Source: an uncultured Actinomycetes bacterium (GTDB lineage: Bacteria > Actinomycetota > UBA4738 > HRBIN12). Taken from it: a stretch of DNA of 64,000 bases. Under the pieces are notes generated by a model, which worked only from the letters and a program-made list of their open reading frames with translations, was not told the origin of the DNA and did no database searches. Shown piece after piece: positions 1-11,516 of the stretch. The stretch is taken from the NCBI GenBank assembly GCA_963728665.1, contig CAVSLG010000018.1:134431-198430 (forward strand), read 5' to 3'. Made by a program: the position numbers and the translations under genes. Within the stretch, counting starts at the first letter, position 1; every line of letters begins with the position of its first letter.

Positions 1-266
1 TTGATCAGCATCGCGTCGGAGCCGCAGATGCCGTGGGCGCAGGACCGGCGGAAGCTCAGCGTGCCGTCGTGGTACCACTTCACCTGGTGCAGCACCTCGA
101 CGAGGCGTTCGAGCGGGTCGGCCTGCACCGTGAACTCGTCCCACCAGGAATCCTGCGAGATCTCGGGGTTGAACCGGCGGATCTTCAACGTGAGCGTGAC
201 CTGGCCGGTGGGGGCGCCGGCGCGCCGGCGATCGGAGTCCTGCAACGCGTCGGCGGGCGTCGCCAT
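1..266 (-). CDS. sdhB: Succinate dehydrogenase iron-sulfur subunit (5' part; runs off window start)
   Basis: Manual translation from ATG at 266, overlapping the sdhA stop: MATPAD...LKIRRFNPE...SFRRSCAHGICGSDAMLI, the 2Fe-2S motif of SdhB. Confidence 0.95.
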   Translation of the reverse strand, partial: MATPADALQDSDRRRAGAPTGQVTLTLKIRRFNPEISQDSWWDEFTVQADPLERLVEVLHQVKWYHDGTLSFRRSCAHGICGSDAMLI

Positions 267-2005
267 CAGTACTTCCTCTCCATGGGCACGTAGGGCCCCA
301 TCTTCACGGGCTTGAAGTCGAGCCGGATCGACCCGTCGTCGTCGCGGTAGGCGAGCGTGTGCTTCAGCCAGTTCGCGTCGTCGCGCAGCGGGTGGTCGTC
401 GCGGTAGTGGCCGCCGCGGCTCTCGGTTCGGGCGCGCGCGCTGACCACGAGCGCCTGCGCGCAGTCGAGCAGGTAGCCGACCTCGACGGTCTCCATCAGG
501 TCGGTGTTGTACAGGGCACCCTTGTCGGTGATCGCGACGCGCGCGTAGCGCTCCTGCAACCCGCCGATGATCTCCTCCATCTTCGACAGGCTCTCCTCGC
601 TACGCACGACGAACGCGAGGTCGAACATGTTCGTCTGCAGCTCCTTGCGGATGTCGGCCGCGTTGTCGCCTTCGGTGCGCTCCAGCACGCCGTTCAGCAT
701 CGAGAGGGTCTGCTCGGTGGGTCGCTCCGGCAGCTCGGGGAGCGAGGTCTCCTTGGCATGGCGGGCGGCGTCGACCCCCGCGCGGCGCCCGAACACCACG
801 ATGTCGAGCAGGGAGTTCGTGCCGAGGCGGTTCGCGCCGTGCACGCTCACGCACGCGCACTCGCCGGCCGCGTACAGGCCCGGGATCGGCGTCTCCTCGG
901 GACCCGTGACGACGCGGCCGTCGACGTCGGTCGGGATGCCGCCCATCGCGTAGTGGGCCGTCGGTTGGACCGGCACCGGTTCCTTCGTCGGCTCGACCTT
1001 GAGGTAGACGCGCGCGAACTCGGTGATGTCGGGCAGCTTCTCCTCGATCACCTTGGGGTCGAGGTGGGTGATGTCGAGGTAGGCCCAGTCGCCGTTCGGC
1101 CCGCCGCCACGCCCTTCCTTGATCTCCTGGTAGATCGCGCGGCTCACCATGTCGCGCGGGGCGAGGTCCTTGATCGTGGGGGCGTAACGCTCCATGAAGC
1201 GCTCGCCGTCCTTGTTCCGAACGATGCCGCCCTCGCCGCGTGCGGCCTCGCTGAGCAGCACCCCGAGCTTCGCGAGGCCCGTCGGATGGAACTGGAACAT
1301 CTCCATGTCCTCGAGGGGCACGCCGCGCCGCCAGACGACCGCCGGGCCGTCGCCGGTGAGCGCGTGCGCGTTCGAGGTCACGCTGAACATGCGGCCGTAG
1401 CCCCCGGTCGCGAAGACGATCGACTTCGCGCGGAAGACGTGCAGCTCGCCGGTGGCGAGCTCGTAGGCGACGACGCCCGCGGCGGCGCCGGCCTCGTCGC
1501 GCAGCAGGTCGAGGCAGTAGAACTCGTTGAAGAACCGCACGTCGCGCTTCACGCACTGCTGGTAGAGCGTCTGCAGGATCATGTGGCCCGTGCGGTCGGC
1601 CGCGTAGCAGGCGCGCCGCACCGGGCGCTCGCCGTGCTCGGCGGTGTGCCCGCCGAACCGTCGCTGGTCGATGCGACCGTCGGGCGTGCGGTTGAACGGC
1701 AGCCCCCAGCGCTCGAGCTGGTAGATCGCGTCGATCGCTTCCTCGGTCATCAGCTGCGCGGCCGGCTGATCGGTGAGGTAGTCCCCGCCCTTGACGGTGT
1801 CGAAGGCGTGCCACTCGGGGCTGTCCTCCTCGGTGTTGCCGAGGGCCGCGCAGACGCCACCCTGTGCCGCGCCCGTGTGCGACCGGGTGGGGTAGAGCTT
1901 GGAGATGACCGCGGTGCGGACCTGGTCGCTGAGCTCGATCGCGGCGCGCATGCCGGCGCCGCCGGCGCCGATCACGAGCGCGTCGTAGGTGTGGGTCGTG
2001 GCCAT
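266..2005 (-). CDS. sdhA: Succinate dehydrogenase flavoprotein subunit
   Basis: GAGGAG FAD motif, RSHTGAAQGG flavinylation site, QFHPTG, HYAMGG, HGANRLGTNSL. Confidence 0.98.
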   Translation of the reverse strand: MATTHTYDALVIGAGGAGMRAAIELSDQVRTAVISKLYPTRSHTGAAQGGVCAALGNTEEDSPEWHAFDTVKGGDYLTDQPAAQLMTEEAIDAIYQLERWGLPFNRTPDGRIDQRRFGGHTAEHGERPVRRACYAADRTGHMILQTLYQQCVKRDVRFFNEFYCLDLLRDEAGAAAGVVAYELATGELHVFRAKSIVFATGGYGRMFSVTSNAHALTGDGPAVVWRRGVPLEDMEMFQFHPTGLAKLGVLLSEAARGEGGIVRNKDGERFMERYAPTIKDLAPRDMVSRAIYQEIKEGRGGGPNGDWAYLDITHLDPKVIEEKLPDITEFARVYLKVEPTKEPVPVQPTAHYAMGGIPTDVDGRVVTGPEETPIPGLYAAGECACVSVHGANRLGTNSLLDIVVFGRRAGVDAARHAKETSLPELPERPTEQTLSMLNGVLERTEGDNAADIRKELQTNMFDLAFVVRSEESLSKMEEIIGGLQERYARVAITDKGALYNTDLMETVEVGYLLDCAQALVVSARARTESRGGHYRDDHPLRDDANWLKHTLAYRDDDGSIRLDFKPVKMGPYVPMERKY

Positions 2006-2014
2006 CGCTACGCC

Positions 2015-2470
2015 TCAGGCCACCGGGGGCCAGTCGGTCGGGTCGAACGTCACGACGATGACCGAGCCGAGCACGAAGAGCACGAACCCGAGCACGTAGA
2101 AGACCATGTTCGCCGTGAAGCGCACACCGGGCTTGCGCACGTAGTCGAGCGTGATGTTGCGCAGGCCGTTGATGCCGTGGATCAGCGCGAGCGTGAGCAG
2201 CATCCAGTCCCACGTGCGCCAGAACGGGCTCGCCCAGCGAGCGGCGACGAAGCCGAAGTCGACGCGGTCCACGCCCCCGGCGGGCAGGTGCATGATCAGC
2301 GTGTGGCCGAGCGCCAACACGAGCAGCATGATGCCGCTGATACGCATGAACAGCCACATCCAGAGCTCGAAGCCGCCCACGGGCCGCTCGCGCCCCCGGG
2401 TGTAGTCGCGCTGCGGGGGCTGCGGTGCCCCGCCCTCCGGGGTCGACGGTCGTTCGATCGTGGTGGCCAT
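2015..2470 (-). CDS. sdhD: Succinate dehydrogenase hydrophobic membrane anchor
   Basis: WLFMRISG, three TM segments, HGINGLR heme-ligand motif; operon position. Confidence 0.9.
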   Translation of the reverse strand: MATTIERPSTPEGGAPQPPQRDYTRGRERPVGGFELWMWLFMRISGIMLLVLALGHTLIMHLPAGGVDRVDFGFVAARWASPFWRTWDWMLLTLALIHGINGLRNITLDYVRKPGVRFTANMVFYVLGFVLFVLGSVIVVTFDPTDWPPVA

Positions 2471-2483
2471 CAGCCCGCTCCGC

Positions 2484-2894
2484 TCACAGCAGGTCCAGGA
2501 TCTGCTTGCCCATGATCACGGTGACCGCGATCGCCGAGACGAGGAAGATCGCCGCCGACGTGCGCCCGACCGCCTTGATGTGGCCGGCGAGGCTCGGGAA
2601 GAAGTCGATCAGCGTGACCTTCATGCCGTTGATCGAGTGGAACAGCACCGCGAGCACGAGACCCAGCTCGAGCACGTGCACCGCGGGATTCTTGTACGCC
2701 TCGGTGACCCGGTCGTACGCCTCGGGACCCCAGCCGATCACGGCGGTGTCGACGACGTGGGCGAACAGGAACAGGATCACGGCAACGCCGGTGATGCGAT
2801 GGAAGATCCAGGACCATTGGCCCTCATGGCCCAGATAGGGAGAGCCGAAGTCGTCCTTCTGCTTCTTGCGGAGTCTGGTCGCCACGGTGATCAC
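2484..2894 (-). CDS. sdhC: Succinate dehydrogenase cytochrome b556 subunit (start uncertain)
   Basis: WIFHRITG, LFAHVVD, FHSINGMK motifs; operon position. Confidence 0.9.
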   Translation of the reverse strand: MITVATRLRKKQKDDFGSPYLGHEGQWSWIFHRITGVAVILFLFAHVVDTAVIGWGPEAYDRVTEAYKNPAVHVLELGLVLAVLFHSINGMKVTLIDFFPSLAGHIKAVGRTSAAIFLVSAIAVTVIMGKQILDLL

Positions 2895-2995
2895 CCTCAG
2901 GCTAACTCGCGCCCCGGCGAGCGAGCCAGCCGAGGCGTCCAGCGGACGGCGCGGAGTCTACTCCGTTCCGGCAGGGGGTCACCCATGAGGCTCGG

Positions 2996-3634
2996 TCACG
3001 CCGTGCGCAGGGCCACGAGCACGCCGTCGCGGATCGGCAGGATCGTCGTCACGTACCGCTCGTCGGCCGCCACCATCGAGTTGTGCTCGCGGATCGCGTC
3101 GGTGACGCCGTCGGGCGGCTCGCCGTCGGGCGGCACGCGGCCGTACCAGAGCGTGTTGTCGCAGATGTAGAGGCCGCCGACGCGCACCCGGTCGCGAGCG
3201 GCGCGCCAGGCGTCGGGGTAGCCGTGCTTGTCGATGTCGTCGTAGACCACGTCGAACTCACCCTCGACGGCCGCGAACGAGGTGAGCGCGTCACCGACGT
3301 GATAGCGCATGCGGTCCCAGACCCCCGCCCGCCCGAGGTAGTCGGCGGCCTTCCGCTCGTTGGCGGCGTCGCCGTCGGTGAGGTGGATCTCGCCCTCGGC
3401 GCCGGTGGCCTTCGCGAACCAATACGCGGAGTAGCCGAACCCGGAGCCGAGCTCGAAGACACGTCGCGCCCCGATCGAGGCGGCGAGCGTCCAGAGCGTG
3501 ACGCCCACGTTCCGCCCGACGATCGGGAACCCCAGCTCTCGCGCTTCCGCTTCCATCTCGAGGAGCACGGGGTCGTCGTAGCGGGCGTGGAGCGACGCGG
3601 TGTAGGCCTCGATGCGGGGGTCGACGATGTCCAT
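2996..3634 (-). CDS. SAM-dependent O-methyltransferase (COMT/caffeoyl-CoA OMT-like)
   Basis: [11 protein letters not shown] motif [21 protein letters not shown]; start reassigned to MDIVD with TAGCCT -10 box just upstream. Confidence 0.88.
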   Translation of the reverse strand: MDIVDPRIEAYTASLHARYDDPVLLEMEAEARELGFPIVGRNVGVTLWTLAASIGARRVFELGSGFGYSAYWFAKATGAEGEIHLTDGDAANERKAADYLGRAGVWDRMRYHVGDALTSFAAVEGEFDVVYDDIDKHGYPDAWRAARDRVRVGGLYICDNTLWYGRVPPDGEPPDGVTDAIREHNSMVAADERYVTTILPIRDGVLVALRTA

Positions 3635-3677
3635 GATGCCCAGGCTACCGGCCGGCGACCTGGGTAGGCTTCGGGCG

Positions 3678-5273
3678 ATGGCACCCGGCGACGAGCGACG
3701 CACCACCGACTCCGGCATCGAGCTGCAGCCCGTCTACACGGCCGACGATCGGGCGGCGCAGGGCTTCGATCCCACGCGCGACCTCGGCGAGCCGGGGGAG
3801 TACCCGTTCACGCGCGGCGTCTATCCCACGATGTACCGCCATCGCCTCTGGACGATGCGCCAGTACGCCGGCATGGCGACCGCCGCCGAGACGAACGCGC
3901 GCTTCCGCTACCTGCTCGACCAGGGACAGACCGGTATCAGCGTCGCGTTCGACCTGCCGACGCAGATGGGGCTCGACTCCGACAACCCGCGCGCCGAGGG
4001 TGAGGTGGGCAAGACGGGCGTCGCGATCGACTCCGTCGACGACATGGCGAGGCTGCTCGAGGGCATCCCGCTCGACCGCGTCTCGACGTCGATGACGATC
4101 AACGCGACGGCGCCGATCCTTCTGCTGTTCTACGAGCTCGTGGCCGAGGAACAGGGCGTGCCGTCGACCGACATCAGCGGCACCGTGCAGAACGACATCC
4201 TCAAGGAGTACGCGGCACGCGGCACGTACATCTACCCGCCCGAGCCCTCGATGCGGCTGATCACCGACCTGTTCGCGTACTGCGGGGAACGAGTGCCCCG
4301 CTGGAACACGATCTCGATCAGCGGCTACCACATGCGGGAAGCCGGCTCGACCGCGGCCCAGGAGATCGCGTTCACGCTCGCCGACGGCATCGCGTACGTG
4401 CAGGCCGCGCTCGACGCCGGACTCGACGTCGACGAGTTCGCACCCCGCCTCTCGTTCTTCTTCGCCTGCCACATGCACTTCTTCGAGGAGATCGCGAAGT
4501 TCCGCGCGGCCCGGCGCATGTGGGCGCGCATCATGCGCGAGCGGTTCGAGGCGAAGGACCCCAGGAGCTGGATGCTGCGGTTCCATACGCAGACCGGCGG
4601 GGCGACGCTCACCGCGCAGCAGCCCGAGGTGAACATCGTGCGCACCGCGCTCGAGGCGCTCGCCGCCGTGCTCGGCGGCACGCAGTCGCTGCACACGAAC
4701 GCGTTCGACGAGGCGCTCGCGCTGCCGACCGAGCACAGCGCGACGATCGCGCTGCGAACCCAGCAGGTGATCGGCTACGAGACCGGTGTGACCGAGACGG
4801 TCGACCCGGTCGCCGGCTCGTACTACGTTGAGTCGCTCACCGACGAGCTCGAACGGCTCGCGACCGAATACATCGACAAGATCGATGCGATGGGCGGCGC
4901 GGTGCGCGCGATCGAGGCGGGCTTCTACCAGGACGAGATCCACGAGGCCGCGTTCCGCATCCAACGAGGCATCGAATCGGGAGAGCGGGTCGTCGTCGGC
5001 GTGAACCGCTTCGTCGACGCCGACGAGAAGCCGATCGAGCTGCAGCGCATCTCCGAGGCAGAGACCCGCAAGCAGGTGGAACGCGTGCGTGAGCTGCGCG
5101 CGAGCCGCGATCAGTCTGCGGTCGACGCGGCGCTCGCCGTCGTGGCCGAGCTCGCCGCAGGGACCGGGAACCTGCTGCTGCCGATGAAGGAAGCCTTGCG
5201 CGTGCGCGCGACGCTCGGCGAGGTCAGTGACACGCTCCGCGGTGTGTTCGGCGAGTACCGCCCCTCGTACTGA
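3678..5273 (+). CDS. Methylmalonyl-CoA mutase, substrate-binding (N-terminal domain-only) subunit
   Basis: [14 protein letters not shown] (Tyr specificity residue), [24 protein letters not shown]; no DxHxxG B12-binding domain. Confidence 0.93.
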   Translation: MAPGDERRTTDSGIELQPVYTADDRAAQGFDPTRDLGEPGEYPFTRGVYPTMYRHRLWTMRQYAGMATAAETNARFRYLLDQGQTGISVAFDLPTQMGLDSDNPRAEGEVGKTGVAIDSVDDMARLLEGIPLDRVSTSMTINATAPILLLFYELVAEEQGVPSTDISGTVQNDILKEYAARGTYIYPPEPSMRLITDLFAYCGERVPRWNTISISGYHMREAGSTAAQEIAFTLADGIAYVQAALDAGLDVDEFAPRLSFFFACHMHFFEEIAKFRAARRMWARIMRERFEAKDPRSWMLRFHTQTGGATLTAQQPEVNIVRTALEALAAVLGGTQSLHTNAFDEALALPTEHSATIALRTQQVIGYETGVTETVDPVAGSYYVESLTDELERLATEYIDKIDAMGGAVRAIEAGFYQDEIHEAAFRIQRGIESGERVVVGVNRFVDADEKPIELQRISEAETRKQVERVRELRASRDQSAVDAALAVVAELAAGTGNLLLPMKEALRVRATLGEVSDTLRGVFGEYRPSY

Positions 5274-5465
5274 AGCCCGATCACGTGACCCTGGGTTCGT
5301 TCCATCGCAAGGAAACCCTCTCGCGCGAGCCTACGCTTGAGGTGGACGGCAGGAGCGCCTCGGGTGCGATCCTGCACACCGAGTGAGGGTCGCTCTCTTT
5401 CCCCCGGAGCGCTCCGGCCCGAGGGCCGGACAGACGTTCCGGTCCGGTGGAAGGAGGGAGCGACG

Positions 5466-6140
5466 ATGAGGACGAAGATCCTCGCAGCGCTCGCGGCGAC
5501 GGCGCTCGTGCTGGGCTTGGTCGCCACGAGCGTGTCGGCCGGAGTGACCGACGCGACGGTGTTCCTGGCACACGGCATCCCGGGCCAGAAGGTGGATGTG
5601 TACGTCTCGGGTGACGAGCTGCTCTCGAACTGGCGCTACGGGCGTGTGGCGACGCTCGAAGGCCTCGCACCGGGCGTGTATGCGGTGAAGGTCAGGGTGC
5701 CCTCGACCGGTCGGCCGGGAGCCTTGCTGGTCGCCGCATCGTTGGAGCTCGAGGCGGGCGACAACGTCACGGTGGTGGCCTACCCGAAGGCCGGTGAGCC
5801 CTTCCTGCAGGAGTTCGACAACGACGTCACGTTCGGTGACAGCGGTGACGCGATCCTTCAGGTCAGGCACACCGCGAAGGCGCCCAAGGTCGACGTGTGG
5901 GCCAACGGCACCGAGTTGACCCCGCTCGACGGCATCGTCAAGGGCGACGAGTTCGTGCTCGAGACGGCGCCGGGCGTCTACGCGTACTGGGTCTCCGCGC
6001 ACAACGACTTCGTGCCGGTGATCGGGCCCGCGGTATCCGAGCTGGAGGCAACTCACGCCTACCAGATCATGGCCGTCGGAACGAACGCGTCGAACTACCG
6101 GTTCATCGTGATCGACCAGGACTTCACGCCTCCCGCGTGA
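5466..6140 (+). CDS. Secreted DUF4397-like beta-sandwich protein (paralog 1)
   Basis: Signal peptide, VFLAHGIPG..VDVYV and VRHTAKAPKVDVWANG repeated domain; GGAGGG RBS. Confidence 0.7.
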   Translation: MRTKILAALAATALVLGLVATSVSAGVTDATVFLAHGIPGQKVDVYVSGDELLSNWRYGRVATLEGLAPGVYAVKVRVPSTGRPGALLVAASLELEAGDNVTVVAYPKAGEPFLQEFDNDVTFGDSGDAILQVRHTAKAPKVDVWANGTELTPLDGIVKGDEFVLETAPGVYAYWVSAHNDFVPVIGPAVSELEATHAYQIMAVGTNASNYRFIVIDQDFTPPA

Positions 6141-6164
6141 TCGTCGGGTTGACACGAACGATCT

Positions 6165-6194
6165 GCGACCCCGCTGCGGAGACGGCGGGGTCGC
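6165..6194. terminator. GC-rich hairpin between convergent genes
   Basis: GCGACCCCGCTG-cggaga-CGGCGGGGTCGC inverted repeat. Confidence 0.65.
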
Positions 6195-6219
6195 TCCGCG
6201 TCCGAGCGCTCCACCCCCG

Positions 6220-6390
6220 TCAGGTCCGGGCGGCCACGAGCGCGCCGACCGCGTGCGCCACCGCCGCCACGCCGGCGACCGCGAGTGCCGCTGCGAGCCA
6301 CCGCCATCGCGACGCCGTGAGCATCGTCCACGCGAGCGCGAGGCAGGCCACCCCCACTCCGAACTCGATGATCGACGTGGTGACCTCCAC
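6220..6390 (-). CDS. Small (56 aa) two-TM membrane protein
   Basis: VEVTTSIIEFGVGVACLALAWTML..RWRWLAAALAVAGVAAVAHAVGALV; TAGGGT -10 box 8 nt before GTG. Confidence 0.5.
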   Translation of the reverse strand: MEVTTSIIEFGVGVACLALAWTMLTASRWRWLAAALAVAGVAAVAHAVGALVAART

Positions 6391-6526
6391 GACGCCGGAC
6401 CCTACCGGAGCCCACTCGCCCCCGAAACCTATGCACGACGGGCACGTCGTCATCCGCTTCTCTCGCCACCCCGAAGGCCCCGCAACGGCCGGGGACGGAC
6501 CGCGGCCGGCGAAGGGAGGTTCCTCG

Positions 6527-7204
6527 ATGCGTATGAAGAAGCTGCTCACCGCGGCGCTCACGGGCGCGATGGCGGTGGGGCTGTTCGCGCTGCCCGCCTC
6601 TGCAGGCGGCGGCGCCACGGTCTTCGTTGCCCACGGCATCCCCGGCGTCAAGGTCGACGTCTGCGTGAACGGGGCCGAGGCTCGGTCGAACTTCAAGTAC
6701 GGCCGTGCGTTCGAGCTCGGCACCGGCATCCCCGCCGGCACCTACAAGGTGAAGGTTCGGCTCGCCAGCCCCGGTGAGTGCAAGGGCGCGGTCGCGATCA
6801 GCGAGACGCTCGAGCTCACCGACGGCCTCAACGCGACCGCAACCGCGATCGTGCGCCAGGGCGAGCCCCAGCTCGACATCCGGGTGAACGACACCGACAT
6901 CACCGGCGGCGCGAACGCCTCCGTGACGGTGCGCCACCTCGCGAAGGCCCCGACGGTCGACGTGTGGGTCAACGGCGGCGCGGGTCCGGCCGTGCCCGAT
7001 CTCGAGCGCTTCGAGGAAGCGGGCCCCGTCGAGTTGCCCGGCGATCAGGTGTACGCCTACTGGGTGGCCGCGGCCGGTGACCACGCGCCCGTGATCGGGC
7101 CCGACGTGGCCGAGCTCGCGCAGGACACCGCCTACCAGATCATGGCGGTCGGCACGAACGCCTCGAACTGGCGCTTCATCGTGATCGGACAGCCCGGCGT
7201 CTAG
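6527..7204 (+). CDS. Secreted DUF4397-like protein (paralog 2)
   Basis: Signal peptide; VFVAHGIPG, RHLAKAPTVDVW and AYQIMAVGTNASN shared with 5466-6140; GGGAGG RBS. Confidence 0.7.
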   Translation: MRMKKLLTAALTGAMAVGLFALPASAGGGATVFVAHGIPGVKVDVCVNGAEARSNFKYGRAFELGTGIPAGTYKVKVRLASPGECKGAVAISETLELTDGLNATATAIVRQGEPQLDIRVNDTDITGGANASVTVRHLAKAPTVDVWVNGGAGPAVPDLERFEEAGPVELPGDQVYAYWVAAAGDHAPVIGPDVAELAQDTAYQIMAVGTNASNWRFIVIGQPGV

Positions 7205-7305
7205 CGGTTCCCGACGATCGCACGGGGTGACGGCCCCGCCGGCTGCCCGTGCCGGCGGGGCCGTTCCCTTGTTGGGGGGCCGCTTCCCGTAGGCTTCAAC
7301 GCACG

Positions 7306-7997
7306 ATGGACGTCGCGATCGTCGGAGGCACCGGGAAGGAAGGCTTCGGCCTGGCATTGCGCCTGCTCGGCGCCGGCCACCGAGTCACGATCGGCTCGCG
7401 GTCGGCCGAGCGGGCCGCAGACGCCGTGGCGCGAGCCGAAGGAGGCGCTCGGTGACGGCGTCGACGTCGAGGGCGCCGAGAACGCGGCGTCGGTGCTCGG
7501 CGCCGACGTCGTGGCCGTCACCGTGCCGTTCTCGGGCATGATCGAGATCTACGACTCGATCGCGCCCGCGCTGCAGCAGGGGCAGGTCGTGCTCGACGCG
7601 ACGAGCCCGCTGATGGCCGCGGTCGGTGGGAAGGCGTGGGAACCGATCCGTCCCTGGCAGGGGTCGGCCGCCGAGCTCGCGGCGTCGCTCGTGCCCGACG
7701 GGGTCGTCGGTGGTGGCCGGCTTCCACACGATCGGGGCGCACACGCTGATGGCGCTCGACGACGAGGTGGCGTCCGACGCGCTGCTCTGCGGCGACGACG
7801 AGGGAGCGAAGCGCAAGGTCGGTGAGCTGATCGACTCCGTGCCGGGCATGCGGTGGGTCGACGCGGGCCCGCTCGCGAACGCCCGGCTCACCGAGCCGCT
7901 CACGCCGCTGATCATCACGATCAACCGCCGCTACAAGCTGAAGGACGGCGGGTTCCGCATCACGGGTCGCGACGCGTGGGGGGCGCCCGAGTCGTGA
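7306..7997 (+). CDS. npdG: NADPH-dependent F420 reductase (frameshifted at about 7440 and 7710)
   Basis: [24 protein letters not shown], then [33 protein letters not shown] across three frames. Confidence 0.8.
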
Positions 7998-8860
7998 GCT
8001 GCCCGGGCCGGTTCGTGGAGATCGACGACACGTCGCTGTGGGTGGTCGAGCGCGGGCCCGACGACGGCGTGCCGCTGCTCGTGCTGCACGGCGGACCCGG
8101 CCTCGACCATCACGAGTTCGCCGACTACCTCGACCCGCTCACCGAGCGGGGCATCCGGCTCGTGCTCGTCGATCTGCGGGCGTGCGGGCGCTCCGAGCGG
8201 CCGTCGCCCCAGACGTGGACGCTGGAGCGTCACGCCCAGGACGTGGTCATGCTCGCCCGGGCGATGCGGCTCGACCGGTGGGCCGTGCTCGGGTCATTCT
8301 TACGGCGCCTTCGTGGCGCTGCAGCAGGCGGTCGACTTCCCCGGCATGGCGGCGGCGGTGATCGTGAGCAGCGGCGTGCCGTCGACGCGGTTCCTCGAGC
8401 GCGTGGACGAGAACCTGCACGACGTTCGAGCCGGCCGAGCTCCGCGACCAGGTGATCGCGTCGTGGGCCCGCGAGTCCGAGGTCGCGACCGCCAAGGAGT
8501 TCGAGGACCTGATGCGCGACCAGTGGCCGTTCCACTTCGCGTTCCCCGGCGACACGCGGATCGAGGAGTACCGGCTGCGCTGCGCCGGCATGGTCTACTC
8601 GCCCGACGTGCTGCGGCACTTCGCCGGCGGCGAGCACGGGGCGATCGAGGTCGAGGACCGTCTCGGCGAGGTGATCTCGCCGACGCTCGTGCTGGCGGGG
8701 CGCTCCGACCGCACCTGCGTGCCCGAGGCGTCCGAGGCGATCGCGGCGCGGCATCGCCGACTCCCAGCTGCTGGTCTTCGAGGCGAGCGGGCACATGACC
8801 TTCGTGGAGGAGCCGGAGGTCTACGTCGAGGCCGTGTCGCGGTTCCTCGGCGGTGACGAC
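7994..8860 (+). CDS. Alpha/beta hydrolase, proline iminopeptidase-like (several frameshifts; end approximate)
   Basis: LHGGPG, GHSYGA nucleophile elbow after a one-base correction, GRSD, SGHMTFVEEPE. Confidence 0.8.
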
Positions 8861-8882
8861 GGCCAGCGGTCACCGAGGCGAT

Positions 8883-10608
8883 CTAGTCGATCACCGCGAG
8901 CACCTGGCCGGTCTCGACGACCTGGCCGGCGCGGATCGGCAGGTCGGTGACCTCGCCGTCGCGGGTGGCGGCGATGTGGTTCTCCATCTTCATCGCCTCG
9001 AGGATGCAGATCACCTCGCCCGCCCTGATGTCCTGGCCCTTCTCGACGAGCACCTTGATGATCGTGCCCTGCATCTCGGCGCGCACCTCGCCGTGCACGT
9101 GCTCCTGATGCGCGGCCGCGTGCGCCTCCGGTGGCTTGGGGGCCAGACCGCGGCGCTCGTCGAACACGCGCACGGGCACCCGGCGTCCGTCGACCTCCAC
9201 CAGGATGTCGGCGGGGCGTCCCTCGCCCGCCGTCTGGCTCGACGGCCCGAGCTCGGCCTGGGCGGGCAGGTCGGCCTCGGCGAGCGCTCGCTCGGCCCAT
9301 GTGGTCGTGTGCCGTGCCCGTCTTGAACTCCTTGGAGTCGAGCACCCAGCGGTGCGCGGGGATCGTGGTGGGCACGCCCTCGACCGTGTACTCGCCGAGC
9401 GCGCGGAGCATGCGCCGGCGCGCCTGCTCGCGGTCGGTGCCCGAGACGATCAGCTTCGCGAACATGGAGTCGTAGTCGCCGGGGATCTCGCGGCCCTGCC
9501 CGAACCCGGCGTCGACGCGCACGAACGGGCCGGCGGGCTCGACGTAGCCGGTGATGCGCCCGGGCCCCGGCATGAAGTTGCGGCCGGGGTCCTCGGCGTT
9601 GATGCGGCACTCGATCGCGGCGCCGCGCGGCTCGACCGAGAGGCCCGCGATCGAGCCACCCATCGCGATCTCGAGCTGCAGGGCGACCAGGTCGAGCCCC
9701 GTGACCATCTCGGTGACGGTGTGCTCGACCTGCAGCCGCGTGTTCATCTCCAGGAAGTAGAAGTCGCCGTCCTCGTCGACGATGCACTCGATCGTGCCGG
9801 CATTCACGTACCCGGTCTCGCGCGCGAGCGCGATCGACGCGTCGGCGAGCCGCTGGCGCATCGTGTCGTCGATCGCCGTCGAGGGCGTCTCCTCGATCAG
9901 CTTCTGATGGCGTCGCTGCACCGTGCAGTCGCGCTCGCCGAGGAACATCACGTTGCCCTGGGTGTCGGCGAGGATCTGCGCCTCGACGTGGTGGGCGCGG
10001 TCGACGTATCGCTCGAGGAAGACCTCGGGCCGGCCGAAGTACGACTGGGCCTCGCGCGCCCCGCGCTTCAGCGCCTCCTCGAGGTGACCGGCGTCGCGCA
10101 CGATGTGCATGCCCTTCCCGCCGCCGCCGAAGGCGGCCTTCACGAGCAGCGGGAAGCCGATGCGCTCGGCCTGCTTCCTCGCCTGCTTCGCGTCGACGGG
10201 CTCGGGTGTGCCGGGCACGATCGGCATGCCGCTCGCATCGGCGGCTCGCCGGGCGGCCGCCTTGTCGCCCATCATCTCGATCGCCTGCGGCGGGGGGCCG
10301 ACGAACGTGAGCCCCGCGTCGCCGACGGCTTCGGCGAAGTGGGCGCGCTCCGACAGGAAGCCGTATCCGGGGTGGATCAGGGTCGCCTTCGCGCGGCGGG
10401 CCGCGTCGAGGATCGCCTCGATCGACAGGTACGAGGACGATGCCTGGGCGGGCCCGATGCGGAAGGCCTGATCGGCCATCTCGACGTGCAGGGCGTCGCG
10501 ATCGGCGTCGGAGTAGACGGCGACGCTCGTGAAGCCGAGCTCGCGGCAGGTGCGCATGATGCGCACGGCGATCTCGCCGCGGTTCGCGATCAGCACCTTG
10601 GGCTTCAT
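8883..10608 (-). CDS. Acetyl/propionyl-CoA carboxylase alpha subunit (biotin carboxylase + BCCP), frameshift near 9310
   Basis: ANRGEIA, GGGGKG, ERDCTVQRRHQK, EMNTRLQVEH; C-terminal EAMKME biotin site in another frame. Confidence 0.93.
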
Positions 10609-10718
10609 GACTGCCTCACTGGCGGGACCACCGTTCGGCTCCTCAGGTGTCGCCTCGGCCGGTACTGGCCCGCGATACTCTCCGGACTCTCGACGCGAGT
10701 CAACGTGGGGCGACGACG

Positions 10719-11468
10719 ATGACGGCGACCGAACTGGAACGGGCCGCAGCCCTCGCGGGTCTCTCCGCCTCCGTGCACTGGCAGGAGGTTACCGGGTCCA
10801 CGAACGCCGACGCCGTCGCCTTGGCGCTCGACGGCGCCCCCGAGTGGACGCTCGTGGGCGCCGGCCACCAGACGGCGGGCCGAGGCCGCCTGGGCCGGAC
10901 CTGGCTCGACCGTCCCGGTGGCTCGCTCATGACCTCGCTCGTGCTCCGGCCGCAGCTGCACCGCCGATCGGCTCGGCCTGCTGACCCTGCTCGCCGGCGC
11001 CGCGTGGGCCGAAGCGGCGACCGACGCGACGGGCCTCGAGGTCCGGTGCAAGTGGCCCAACGATCTGGTGCTGGACGAACGGAAGGTCGGCGGCCTGCTG
11101 GCCGAGTCGTCGGTGGAAGGCGACGAGGTGCGGTGGGTCGTGATCGGCTCGGGCGTGAACCTCGCCGATCCCGGCGTCGAGGGATCGGCGGGCCTCGGCG
11201 AGGTCGACCCGGCGCCACTGCTCGGCGGGTTCCTGCGGCGGTTCGCGCAGGGATACGCGATGCCCGCTGCCGAGTTCGATGGTGCGGTCGTGGAGCGCTG
11301 GTCCACGATCTCGGCCACCTTGGGGCGGCTTGGTGACGGCCGTCGCCGCCGACGGCGTGCGGCGGCGAGGGCACCGCCGTCGCGATCGATCGCGCGGGCC
11401 GGCTGGTGGTGGAGACCGACGACGGACCCGTGGCCGTCGCCTCCGACGAGATCGAGCACCTCCGCTGA
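10719..11468 (+). CDS. birA: Biotin--[acetyl-CoA carboxylase] ligase (frameshifted)
   Basis: TGSTNA, QTAGRGRLGRTW, KWPNDL..RKVGGLL, GSGVNL; divergent from the carboxylase gene. Confidence 0.9.
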
Positions 11469-11516
11469 CCTGGGGGACGTTTGCCGGGGCCCTCCCGCTT
11501 GGGTAGCGTCTCGCCC

